From contig JANXZO010000075.1 in NCBI GenBank assembly GCA_025355465.1, positions 51,564-115,563 of the forward strand: a stretch of DNA of 64,000 nucleotides, read 5' to 3'. The translations under genes were made by a program, and so were the position numbers. The stretch is from Bacteroidales bacterium. Its GTDB lineage: Bacteria; Bacteroidota; Bacteroidia; Bacteroidales; FEN-979. Of this stretch, positions 37,288-46,039 are shown in pieces. Under the pieces are notes generated by a model. It was not told where the DNA came from, did not search any database, and saw only the letters and a program-made list of their open reading frames with translations. Within the stretch, counting starts at the first letter, position 1, and the number at the start of each line of letters is the position of its first letter.

Positions 37288-40200
37288 ATGCTTAAGATCA
37301 CCAAACATCCCATTCTCGACATCCCGGATTCTCCCACAACCACCTTTTCCTATAACAACGTACAGGTAACCGGCACCCTTGGTTTTACCATTGCGGCCGC
37401 CCTTCACCAGGCGGGTCACCCGGTGCACAGCCACAGCCTCACCAATCGCGAACGAAGCCTTGAGTGCGGCATCGGGAAGTGCGGCGCATGCGAAATGGTG
37501 GTCGATGGCGAGATAAAAAGGATCTGTATCACACGGGTCGACGGGGTGCAAACGGTGGCTGAGATACCCCGCAACTACGCCCCCCGGGCCGTGCCGGTAA
37601 AAAAGGATGAAGCGCTGAAGGTTTATCGCACCGGCGTGGCCATTATCGGCGCCGGACCGGCAGGGCTGGCTGCCCGCGAAGTGCTGAACCAACATGGGGT
37701 GCCCAACCTGGTGGTGGACAACAACGACAAGATTGGCGGACAGTTCCTCATGCAAACCCACCAGTTCTTTTTCTTCGAGAAGGAAAAGAAGTTTGGTGGC
37801 ATGCGGGGTTTCGACATCGCCGCCACCCTGGCCGGCGATAACCGCGAAGGCATCTTTCTGGACGCTACGGTGTGGGACATCCTGCAGGGGGGGCGCCTCG
37901 CCTTAAAGAACATCCGCACCGGAGAGATCTGGTTTCTGGATGCAGAGTACCTCATTGTGGCAACCGGTGCAGTGCCTTTCATGCCCGCCTTCGAGAACGA
38001 CGACCTTCCCGGTGTCTTCACCGCCGCCGTGGTGCAGAAGATGATGAACAGCGAATTCACCCTCCTCGGAAAGAACATACTCACGGTGGGTGCCGGCAAC
38101 ATCGGCTACCTCACCTCCTACCAGCTCATGCAGGCCGGAGCCAGGGTAAAAGCCATCATCGAGGCCCAGCCGGGGGAAGGCGGATTCCCGGTGCAGGCCA
38201 ACAGGGTGCGCAGACTGGGGATACCCATCCTCACCTCGCACATCCTCATCAAGGCGCTGCCCAACGAAAACCACGATGGCATCGTAGGAGCCGTGGTGGC
38301 CGAATGTAAAAATTTCAAGCCGGTGCCCGGCACCGAAAAGGTGATCGACGGCATCGATGCCATAAACATATGTACAGGGCTGGTACAGGACGACCAGCTG
38401 CTCATCAAAGGTAACGACATCTTCGGCCGCCGCTGTTTCGGCGCGGGCGACGCCATACGGATCGGCGAAGGGACCAGCGCCGTGTTGCGCGGACAACAGG
38501 CTGCTTTCGATGTGCTTCAGGAGATGGGAGAACGGGTCGACTACGACCGCTACCTCACCCTCTCCAAAGAGTATATCGACTCGCAACAGCATCCGGTGCG
38601 TGTCATTGAACAGCCGGCACTGCCCACCCCCGAACGGATCAGCGAAAAGGGGTTCGTGCTCATCGACTGTCTGTATGGCTTTGCCTGCAACCCCTGCGCC
38701 TTTGCCTGTCCGCACGGAGCCATCACCAAATCAAGCACCAGCACCGTGCCGGAGATCGACTTTGCCAGGTGCATCGGCTGCATGGATTGCGTGTTCCAGT
38801 GTCCGGGACTGGCCATCTTTGGCTACAACATCAAAAAGGACTGGCTCTTCCTGCCGATCGAATACGAAGTGAAAGAGAAGGCTGCCTGCTGGCTGGTCGA
38901 TAACCAGGGAAAGAAGCTGGGGGAGGGCTTTGTGGAGAATATCCTGCGCAAAGCCAACAAGACCAACATCGCCAGGGTGAAGTCGCTCGACCTGCATGGC
39001 GCCACCCTGAGTACCGTTCGCGGGTTCATCGTAAAGGAGAACTACCCCGATCCTGTCGAATTCAAACCCTGCCTTCATCAAACACCGGAGGATACCTATG
39101 TTTGTCACTGCGACGACGTTACCATGGGGGAGATCATGGAGACCATCGGCGAACGGAAATTCATCTCGGTGGATGAGGTGAAACACACCACCCGGCTGGG
39201 AATGGGAGCCTGCCGCGGCAAGCGTTGCATCAAGCGGCTCAAGACCACCCTCATGGGATCGGGCATCTCCATCGTAGGCGAGCCCACCCCCCGCGGACCG
39301 CTCTCCAACCAGGTGTCCATGGGCGAACTCTACCCCCGGTCGGTTCACGAGCAGGTGATAACCGGAACCAATGGAAGCAAACCCCAACGAATTCAGGTGA
39401 AATCGCTGGTGGCCGGCGGCGGCATCGGCGGCAGCGCCCTCTTCCGCTACCTCGGTGAGGCAGGACTGGAGCCGGTATTGGTCAACTTTGGCCGGGGCGC
39501 CTCCTGGCGCAACATCGCCGGCGGCAGACCGAACTTCTCCCTGCCCGAACTCAGCGACATCGCCAACCACAACCTGGAGATATTCCGCGGACTGCAGCAG
39601 CTCCACAACATCGATTTCCGCACGATCAACTATGTCACCTTCGCCCACGACGACCTGATGTACAGGGCGCTCACCGACTCCATGGCCTGGTCGGATGCCC
39701 TGATGGTGGAGCCAAAGGATTTCCGGCGCATGATCTCGCCAGGGCTGAATCCCGACATGTCGGGCTACCTTGCTGCCCTGGTTACCCGCAACTGCTGGCA
39801 GGCCACGCCGGGGCGTGTGATCGACCTCATCCGCCGGTTGGGAATCAACAAAGGCGGAAGGGTGGAGGAGGATTGCAAAATGATCGATGTTCACCGGGCG
39901 AACGGCAAATACCGGGTGCTGGTTCAGAACCACGAAAAGCGGTACATCGAATACGAAACGGAGATATTTATCAATGCCATGGGGCCCGAAGGGGAGAAGT
40001 TTGCCCGCCAGCTCGACCTCGAAACAGGCCTCTTTCCCGTTAAACATCAGGCCTTTATCACCCGCCGGCTCCCCATGCTGGGCATTGATGGTGCCCCGCT
40101 GCCCATGCTCATCGACCGGCGTCGGTACAAGGGATTCTCGGCCGTTTACGGACAACAGCTGGCCGAAACCGGACAGATCATCGGCTGCGCCTCCCCTGCC

Positions 40201-40521
40201 ATCGAGCCCATGGAGGCCGACAAGAACATCAAGGTGAACAGCGAAGAGTTCCTCGAGATCGCCTCCGAAATCTTCACCAACTGGATCCCCCAGCTCTCTG
40301 CCGTGGGGTTTCAGGCGGTGTGGGCCGGCTATTACGTGGAACCCCGCATGATCATCGACCCCGCGCTGGGCCTCTTTCTCGGACTTCGCGGACAAGGGTT
40401 CATGCTGGGTCAGTACCTCGCAAAAATGTATGTGGATAAACTTTGCGGAAAACCTACACCCGATTATTTCGACCGGCTGAAACTCACCGGCGACGGGCTA
40501 TTGGAAAAGGCATTCAAGTAA
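37288..40521 (+). CDS. Giant multi-cofactor oxidoreductase fusion: [2Fe-2S] + FAD/NAD(P) pyridine-nucleotide-disulfide oxidoreductase + 2x[4Fe-4S] ferredoxin + BFD-like [2Fe-2S] + DAO-type FAD dehydrogenase
   Basis: Motifs in order: ECGIGKCGACEMVVDG; VAIIGAGPAGLAAR and TVGAGNIGYLTSYQL (two Rossmann folds); CLYGFACNPCAFACP and CIGCMDCVFQCP; CHCDDVT...GACRGKRC; VAGGGIGGSALFRYL followed by a ~370-aa DAO-like region. An alternative ATG exists at 37261; the listed start at 37213 is a TTG. Confidence 0.85.
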   Translation: MLKITKHPILDIPDSPTTTFSYNNVQVTGTLGFTIAAALHQAGHPVHSHSLTNRERSLECGIGKCGACEMVVDGEIKRICITRVDGVQTVAEIPRNYAPRAVPVKKDEALKVYRTGVAIIGAGPAGLAAREVLNQHGVPNLVVDNNDKIGGQFLMQTHQFFFFEKEKKFGGMRGFDIAATLAGDNREGIFLDATVWDILQGGRLALKNIRTGEIWFLDAEYLIVATGAVPFMPAFENDDLPGVFTAAVVQKMMNSEFTLLGKNILTVGAGNIGYLTSYQLMQAGARVKAIIEAQPGEGGFPVQANRVRRLGIPILTSHILIKALPNENHDGIVGAVVAECKNFKPVPGTEKVIDGIDAINICTGLVQDDQLLIKGNDIFGRRCFGAGDAIRIGEGTSAVLRGQQAAFDVLQEMGERVDYDRYLTLSKEYIDSQQHPVRVIEQPALPTPERISEKGFVLIDCLYGFACNPCAFACPHGAITKSSTSTVPEIDFARCIGCMDCVFQCPGLAIFGYNIKKDWLFLPIEYEVKEKAACWLVDNQGKKLGEGFVENILRKANKTNIARVKSLDLHGATLSTVRGFIVKENYPDPVEFKPCLHQTPEDTYVCHCDDVTMGEIMETIGERKFISVDEVKHTTRLGMGACRGKRCIKRLKTTLMGSGISIVGEPTPRGPLSNQVSMGELYPRSVHEQVITGTNGSKPQRIQVKSLVAGGGIGGSALFRYLGEAGLEPVLVNFGRGASWRNIAGGRPNFSLPELSDIANHNLEIFRGLQQLHNIDFRTINYVTFAHDDLMYRALTDSMAWSDALMVEPKDFRRMISPGLNPDMSGYLAALVTRNCWQATPGRVIDLIRRLGINKGGRVEEDCKMIDVHRANGKYRVLVQNHEKRYIEYETEIFINAMGPEGEKFARQLDLETGLFPVKHQAFITRRLPMLGIDGAPLPMLIDRRRYKGFSAVYGQQLAETGQIIGCASPAIEPMEADKNIKVNSEEFLEIASEIFTNWIPQLSAVGFQAVWAGYYVEPRMIIDPALGLFLGLRGQGFMLGQYLAKMYVDKLCGKPTPDYFDRLKLTGDGLLEKAFK

Positions 40522-40558
40522 TTCGCTGAAGCGCCAAGGGGGTTCTTGATAGTCCTTT

Positions 40559-41470
40559 TTACCCCCTGATAAACAACGCTTTAATGATGTGCATGGCCAT
40601 TTTGGGATTTTCTTTCAGGCGGCGCGCGGAGTAACCAAACCACTCTTTGCCAAAGGGAACGTAAACACGCATGGCATGACCCTGGTTCATAATCGATTGC
40701 CTGAGGTCGGGGGTGACGCCGTAAAGCATCTGGAATTCGTATCCCGATTTGGGTACCTTGTACTTCTCAATCAGCTTATAAGCCCCGTCCACCAGCGGTT
40801 TGTCGTGGGTGGCAATGCCGGGGAACATGCCCTGGCTTAACAGGTATTCGAGGTCTTCGAGGTAGTGGTCGTTGACCTCCTGGTATTTTTTATAGGCAAT
40901 GGCTTCAGGTTCCACATAGATCCCTTTGCAAAGGCGGAAGTTGAGGGGGATCTCCCGGTTATGGAGGTCGCTCATCTCCTTAATGTCCTGCAGGGTGCGC
41001 CGCATGTACGCCTGGAGGACGAGTCCGACGTTGGCAGGGAACTCTTTTTTCAGTTTCCTGAAGAGTTCGATCTCCAGGTCGGTGCAGGGGGAGTCCTCCA
41101 TGTCTACCCGCACGAAGTTGTTATGGGCCGCAGCTTTGGCAACAATCTCCCGGATATAGTTGTAACACACCTCCTTATCGATCAATAGTCCGAAACTTGT
41201 CGGCTTCAGGCTATAGTTTCCCCTGATTTTTTCTTTCTCCACCCGTTCGATGATGGCGAGGTAGTCGCGTTTGTTCTCTTCGGCCTGGTCGAGGCGCGTG
41301 ATAAATTCGCCCAGCAGGTCCACAGTCACGCTGATGCCCTGCGCGTTAAGGGCGCGGCACACCACCATGGCATCGTCGATGGTTTCACCGGCAATATATT
41401 TTTTGGAGAAGATCCACACCAGTTTTCTGGGCATGAACGGGAGCATTCGCGTAATGAGCTGATTGATCAT
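40559..41470 (-). CDS. Proline dehydrogenase (monofunctional PutA-type PRODH barrel)
   Basis: 303 aa with characteristic motifs (SLKPTSFGL, VRVDMEDS, LQAYMRRT, RLCKGIY, IATHD, EFQMLYGV, VYVPFG..W..Y..RRLKE). Confidence 0.88.
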   Translation of the reverse strand: MINQLITRMLPFMPRKLVWIFSKKYIAGETIDDAMVVCRALNAQGISVTVDLLGEFITRLDQAEENKRDYLAIIERVEKEKIRGNYSLKPTSFGLLIDKEVCYNYIREIVAKAAAHNNFVRVDMEDSPCTDLEIELFRKLKKEFPANVGLVLQAYMRRTLQDIKEMSDLHNREIPLNFRLCKGIYVEPEAIAYKKYQEVNDHYLEDLEYLLSQGMFPGIATHDKPLVDGAYKLIEKYKVPKSGYEFQMLYGVTPDLRQSIMNQGHAMRVYVPFGKEWFGYSARRLKENPKMAMHIIKALFIRG

Positions 41471-41610
41471 CGGGTCTGTTTTGAAGTTGCTAACGTAGCC
41501 TAAGTCATGCGTTTAAACCGTCATGTTAGGGTCGGTGTGCAAATATACATGGAAATAGGTATTTGGTATTCACGGAATTAATTTTTAATTTTGCAGGCTT
41601 TTTGAAAGGT

Positions 41611-42141
41611 ATGGTGAATTACCCGGAACAATATGATATTCCGTTTAGCGGGTTGAAACAGGGCACTCACCTGTTTGATTTTCTGATCGGTAAAAAGTTC
41701 TTTGAACAGTTTGAATCGTCGGAAATTTCCGATGGCGAGGTAGCTGTTGCGGTGACCATGCAGAAGGAGGATCGGCTTTTCGATCTTCACTTTACGCTGA
41801 AAGGCACTGTTACCGTTCCCTGCGACCGCTGCAACGAAAATATCGGGGTGGCGATCGACGGCACGCAGCGGCTGCTGGTTAAGCTGGGAAGCGGCTATTT
41901 CGAGGAGAGCGAAGATGTGCAGGTGATTCCTGAGACGGACCACCGGCTTGCGCTGGCCGGCTTTCTGTACGAGTATGTGCTGCTGATGCTTCCCGCCCGC
42001 CGCGTTCATCCGGAAGATGAAAACGGAGAGAGCCTTTGCAACCTGGAGATCATCCGCCGGCTTAATGAACTGAACGAACGCCATGACCCGGATCCCCGTT
42101 GGGAGATCCTGAACAAACTAAAAGAAAATCGTAAATCGTAA
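41611..42141 (+). CDS. DUF177/YceD family protein
   Basis: ATG at 41611, immediately upstream of rpmF as is usual. Cys pairs VPCDRCN and ESLCN. The last codons and the stop are supplied by the tandem heptamer aaatcgt-aaatcgt (42126-42139). Confidence 0.85.
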   Translation: MVNYPEQYDIPFSGLKQGTHLFDFLIGKKFFEQFESSEISDGEVAVAVTMQKEDRLFDLHFTLKGTVTVPCDRCNENIGVAIDGTQRLLVKLGSGYFEESEDVQVIPETDHRLALAGFLYEYVLLMLPARRVHPEDENGESLCNLEIIRRLNELNERHDPDPRWEILNKLKENRKS

Positions 42142-42153
42142 ATATTAAGTATT

Positions 42154-42339
42154 ATGCCACATCCAAAACACAAAATCTCGACTACCCGCAGGGATAAGAG
42201 AAGAACCCACGACAAAGCCGTTGCTCCTCAGATCAGCCTTTGTTCCAACTGCGGCGCCCCGGTACTTTACCACAGGGTTTGTTCCGATTGCGGGTATTAC
42301 CGCGGGAAACAGGCTGTCGTAAAAGCTACAGCCGAGTAA
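42154..42339 (+). CDS. rpmF: 50S ribosomal protein L32
   Basis: MPHPKHKISTTRRDKRRTH with zinc-ribbon Cys pairs CSNCG...CSDCG. 61 aa. Confidence 0.95.
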   Translation: MPHPKHKISTTRRDKRRTHDKAVAPQISLCSNCGAPVLYHRVCSDCGYYRGKQAVVKATAE

Positions 42340-42361
42340 ATCTTTTACCAAATCTGAACCA

Positions 42362-43321
42362 ATGAGGATCGGTCTGGATGTTTTAGGGGGTGATTTTGCA
42401 CCAAAGGCTACCTTGCATGGTGCCATCCTGGCTCAGAAGGAGCTCCCCGAATCCGATAAAATCGTATTGATTGGTGATAAAGAGGTTATCCTTTCATTTC
42501 TGAAGATGGAAGGGGTAGATCATCACCTCTTTGACATTGCGGATGCGCCGGACCTTATCCAAATGGATGAGCAGCCTACCAAGGCGCTCGTGAACAAGCC
42601 GAATTCAAGCATCTCGGTTGGTTTTCGCATGCTCAAGCACAAGGATATCCATGCGTTCTGCAGTGCGGGCAGCAGCGGGGCCATGATGGTCGGCTCCATC
42701 TACAGCGTGAATACGATCCAGGGGATCATCCGTCCCTCCACCCCCGCCTACTTTGCAAAGGAGGGCGGCGGGTTTACCGTACTCATCGACGTAGGTACCA
42801 ATCCCGATGCCAAGCCCGATGTGATGTACCAGTTTGGTTTGCTGGGATCGCTCTTCTCGGAACATGTTTACCATGTTAAAAATCCCCGCGTGGGATTGCT
42901 GAACATCGGTTCGGAGGAGAAAAAGGGGAGTCTGACCACCCAGTCGGCCTACCAGCTGATGAAAGATTCGAAAGATTATAATTTTATCGGCAATGTGGAG
43001 GGACGCGAGTTGTTCCGCGACAATGTCGATGTGATCGTTTGCGACGGATTTGTAGGCAACATCGTGCTTAAGCAGATCGAAGCCATGTACCGCGTATTTC
43101 ACAAACGCGGCATCAAAGACGAATACCTGGAACGGTTCAACTACGAAAATTACGGCGGAACTCCCATCCTGGGCATCAACTCCACCGTGGTGATGGGGCA
43201 TGGCATATCCAATGCCAACGCCATCCGCAGCATGATCATCCTCACCCGCGAGGTACACGAGGCAAGGCTTTCGGTAAAGATCAAGCATGCACTGGAAAAG
43301 TATTCGCTTAACAATTTATAA
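42362..43321 (+). CDS. plsX: Phosphate acyltransferase PlsX
   Basis: MRIGLDVLGGDFAP N-terminus, NIGSEEKKG and CDGFVGN motifs, rpmF-plsX-fabH synteny. Confidence 0.95.
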   Translation: MRIGLDVLGGDFAPKATLHGAILAQKELPESDKIVLIGDKEVILSFLKMEGVDHHLFDIADAPDLIQMDEQPTKALVNKPNSSISVGFRMLKHKDIHAFCSAGSSGAMMVGSIYSVNTIQGIIRPSTPAYFAKEGGGFTVLIDVGTNPDAKPDVMYQFGLLGSLFSEHVYHVKNPRVGLLNIGSEEKKGSLTTQSAYQLMKDSKDYNFIGNVEGRELFRDNVDVIVCDGFVGNIVLKQIEAMYRVFHKRGIKDEYLERFNYENYGGTPILGINSTVVMGHGISNANAIRSMIILTREVHEARLSVKIKHALEKYSLNNL

Positions 43322-43364
43322 GGGTTGCTGCGGTACGGCACACACGATTCACAAAGTGTTCTAA

Positions 43365-44354
43365 ATGACAAAAATAAGAGCAAAGATATCGGGTATTCAG
43401 GGTTGGGTACCTCCCTATATTCTCACGAACAAGGAGCTGGAGACCATGGTGGAGACCACCGATGAGTGGATCATGACACGCACGGGGATCCGCGAGCGAC
43501 ACATCCTCAAAGGAGAGGGGCTGGGCACTTCCGACATGGCCGTGGAGGCGGTGAAGGGGTTGCTGGCCAAGACAGGCACCACAGCCGATGAAGTGGAGCT
43601 GCTGATCTGCGCCACCGTGACGCCCGACATGGTATTCCCGGCTACGGCCAACATCATCTGCGATAAGGTAGGCATCAAAAACGCGGTGGGGTACGACCTC
43701 AACGCCGCCTGCTCGGGGTTTCTTTTCGCCCTCGTAACGGCCTCCAAGTTTGTGGAGACAGGTACTTTTAAGAAAGTCATCGTGGTGGGAGCCGACAAGA
43801 TGTCGTCCATTACCGATTATACCAGCCGCGAAACCTGTGTGCTGTTTGGCGATGCCAGCGGCGCCGTGCTGCTCGAACCCACCACCGAAGAGGTGGGAGT
43901 GATGGACTCCCTGCTGCAAAGCGACGGAGCCGGACGGGTTCACCTGCACATGAAAGCCGGCGGATCGGTGAAACCCAGTTCTCACGACACCGTAGATGCG
44001 AAGGAGCACTTTGTTTACCAGGAGGGTCAGCCGGTGTTTAAGTTTGCCGTCACCAAAATGGCCGATGTGGCCGCCGAGATCATGGAGCGCAACAACCTCA
44101 CCAGCGAAGACATCTCATACCTGGTTCCGCACCAGGCCAACATGCGCATCATCGAAGCTACCGCACGCCGCATGGGCGTGGGCAAAGAGCAGGTGATGAT
44201 CAACATCGAACGCTACGGAAACACCACCTCCGGAACCATACCACTCTGCCTCTGGGAGTGGGAGAACAAACTCAAAAAAGGCGATAACATCATCCTCGCT
44301 GCCTTTGGCGGCGGATTTACCTGGGGATCGGTGTGGCTTAAGTGGGCCTATTAA
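43365..44354 (+). CDS. fabH: 3-oxoacyl-ACP synthase III
   Basis: Active-site Cys ([12 protein letters not shown]), His (VPHQANMRI) and Asn (GNTTSGTIP). 329 aa. Confidence 0.95.
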   Translation: MTKIRAKISGIQGWVPPYILTNKELETMVETTDEWIMTRTGIRERHILKGEGLGTSDMAVEAVKGLLAKTGTTADEVELLICATVTPDMVFPATANIICDKVGIKNAVGYDLNAACSGFLFALVTASKFVETGTFKKVIVVGADKMSSITDYTSRETCVLFGDASGAVLLEPTTEEVGVMDSLLQSDGAGRVHLHMKAGGSVKPSSHDTVDAKEHFVYQEGQPVFKFAVTKMADVAAEIMERNNLTSEDISYLVPHQANMRIIEATARRMGVGKEQVMINIERYGNTTSGTIPLCLWEWENKLKKGDNIILAAFGGGFTWGSVWLKWAY

Positions 44355-44415
44355 GTCTTGTTCATTTCTTTGATCGCCCAAAGAAACTCGCTAGAAATGC
44401 GGCCTAAGGCATTTG
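44355..44415. repeat. 'Empty-site' version of the composite repeat: left arm with hairpin joined directly to the right flank
   Basis: gtcttgttcaTTTCTTTGatcgccCAAAGAAActcgctagaaatgcgg|cctaaggcatttg. The left arm is ~95% identical to 55489-55537. The right flank matches 52671-52683 and 50068-50080. The ~155-bp hairpin element seen at 55538-55691 is absent. Confidence 0.6.
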
Positions 44416-44420
44416 AAAAA

Positions 44421-44523
44421 GAAATAGCGAAATAGCGAGGTAGCGAAATAGCGAAAAATCGTAAATCGTAAGTCGGATGGCCTTCACATTTGTGCATTTG
44501 TGCATCCGTGCATTCGTGCATAG
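44421..44523. repeat. Tandem 8/7-bp repeat arrays (aaatagcg family, aaatcgt family, catttgtg family)
   Basis: aaatagcg aaatagcg aggtagcg aaatagcg aaaaatcg-t aaatcgt aagtcgg ... catttgtg catttgtg catccgtg cattcgtg. Confidence 0.9.
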
Positions 44524-44542
44524 GTACCCTTTCCTATCAATA

Positions 44543-44598
44543 TATACGATAACGGCGTATAAGTATATTGAATATTATACGTTTCATTCGTATATTTG
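44543..44598 (+). promoter_or_regulatory. Twin dyads TATACG-N7-CGTATA plus a TAnnTTTG -7 box upstream of the ATPase gene
   Basis: Dyad 1 at 44543-44561 (tatacg ataacgg cgtata). Dyad 2 at 44576-44594 (tatacg tttcatt cgtata), centres 33 bp apart. TATATTTG at 44591-44598 overlaps dyad 2, 13 nt before ATG 44612. Confidence 0.45.
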
Positions 44599-44611
44599 CT
44601 AAAAATATCTT

Positions 44612-45781
44612 ATGGAAACAGTTCTTTACCGCTATAATCCCTGGTGGACAGGGGTGGTAAGTGAACCGGCGGGAATCGGGAGGCCTTCGGTGGAGGAGCT
44701 CCTTTACGGTCAGCTGGGAAATGACCAGGTGATCTTTATCACCGGGCTGCGACGGATCGGGAAGACCACCCTGATGAAGATGACCATTCACAGGTTGATC
44801 CGGGATTCTGTTACCGACGGCAGACATATTCTTTATGTGAGTCTCGACGATTACCAGCTTCAGAAACAATCCATCATGGATATCGTGGAGGAGTTCAGGA
44901 AGATCAACAAACTGAAGTTTGCAGAGCCTGTCTACCTCTTCCTCGATGAGGTTACCTATAAAGATGATTATGAACTTCAGCTTAAGAACCTGGTGGATGC
45001 GCAAAAAGTCAAGATCATTGCCTCAGCCTCCAGCGCTTCATTGCTGAAGAGCAAGAAAGCATACCTTACCGGACGCCATTTTGATATTGAGGTGAATCCG
45101 CTTACCTTCTCCGAATACCTGGCTTTCAAAGGGATTAATATCCTACCCCAGGATGCCGGACTCACGGAAAATTACTTCGAAGATTTCCTTAAAACGGGCG
45201 GTATTCCGGCCCATGTGCTTACCGGCAATTCCGATTACCTGCGCGAACTGGTCGATGATATCATCTACAAGGATATTGCCGTTAACCAGCAGGTGAAGGA
45301 TGTGCGGGTGCTTAAGGAGTTTTTTCTGCTACTGATGGAAAGGGCAGGGAAACAGTTCAGTATTAACAAGATCGCCCATGTTCTTCAACTCTCACCCGAT
45401 ACGGCCCGTCGATATATCGACCTTTTTGCCGATACCTACCTTATCCACCTCATGAGCCGGCATGGCAAAACCAACGAAAGGATTCTCTCTCCGAAAAAGA
45501 TTTATGCCGCCGATACAGGGATCCGTTGCCTTTTTACTGGCTACCGCGACAAAGGAAGTCTGTTCGAAAATTACATCTACCTGAGAATCCGCCCCCTGGG
45601 ACCTGGATATATCTACGAGAATAAAACGGAGATCGATTTCTACCTTCCCGATAAAACACTCATCGAAGTGAAATACCACAACGAACCCCTCTCCCCGGCT
45701 CAGGAGAAATTGTTTAACAGCTACCCCGCGAAACAAAGGCTGATCATACGAAGTGAGGAAGAGATGCTAGATCTCGGATGA
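44612..45781 (+). CDS. AAA-type ATPase with DUF4143-like C-terminal domain
   Basis: P-loop GLRRIGKTT, Walker B YLFLDEVT, C-terminal nuclease-fold-like region (EIDFYLPDKTLIEVKY). 389 aa. Confidence 0.8.
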   Translation: METVLYRYNPWWTGVVSEPAGIGRPSVEELLYGQLGNDQVIFITGLRRIGKTTLMKMTIHRLIRDSVTDGRHILYVSLDDYQLQKQSIMDIVEEFRKINKLKFAEPVYLFLDEVTYKDDYELQLKNLVDAQKVKIIASASSASLLKSKKAYLTGRHFDIEVNPLTFSEYLAFKGINILPQDAGLTENYFEDFLKTGGIPAHVLTGNSDYLRELVDDIIYKDIAVNQQVKDVRVLKEFFLLLMERAGKQFSINKIAHVLQLSPDTARRYIDLFADTYLIHLMSRHGKTNERILSPKKIYAADTGIRCLFTGYRDKGSLFENYIYLRIRPLGPGYIYENKTEIDFYLPDKTLIEVKYHNEPLSPAQEKLFNSYPAKQRLIIRSEEEMLDLG

Positions 45782-45968
45782 CGGATCACGGATTACGGAC
45801 TTTTTTCATCTGCTGTCTGTCATCTGTCTCAAATCGTCAATCGTTAATCAATCTGACCTTGTGACTTTGTGACTTTGTGACTTTGTGACCTTGTGACCTT
45901 GTGACCCTGTGACCCTGTGCCGTGGTAAAAATAAATTATCAATTATCCATTGTCAATTATCAATTAAT
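45774..45968. repeat. Composite tandem-repeat tract (7-mers acggatN; tctg-rich; 7-mers aatcgtN; 8-mers gtgacNNt; 7-mers aattatc)
   Basis: tcggatg acggatc acggatt acggac (contains the ATPase stop codon at 45779-45781). Then ccttgtga ctttgtga x3 ccttgtga x2 ccctgtga x2 (45857-45921). Then aattatc aattatc cattgtc aattatc aattaat (45934-45968). Confidence 0.9.
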
Positions 45969-46039
45969 GCCTATTTTTGTATTATACTAAAAAGCATAAC
46001 GCTAAATGGTATAACGCTAAAAGGTATAATTTTAAATAT

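Noticed and set aside
38731-40395. 554-aa ORF on the minus strand, along with other long antisense ORFs at 37903-38715 and 37273-37761.
   Set aside because: It lies antisense to the motif-rich 1,078-aa oxidoreductase gene. Its sequence is low-complexity (G/A/D/H/V-rich) with no motifs. It is a typical shadow ORF of a GC-rich coding region.
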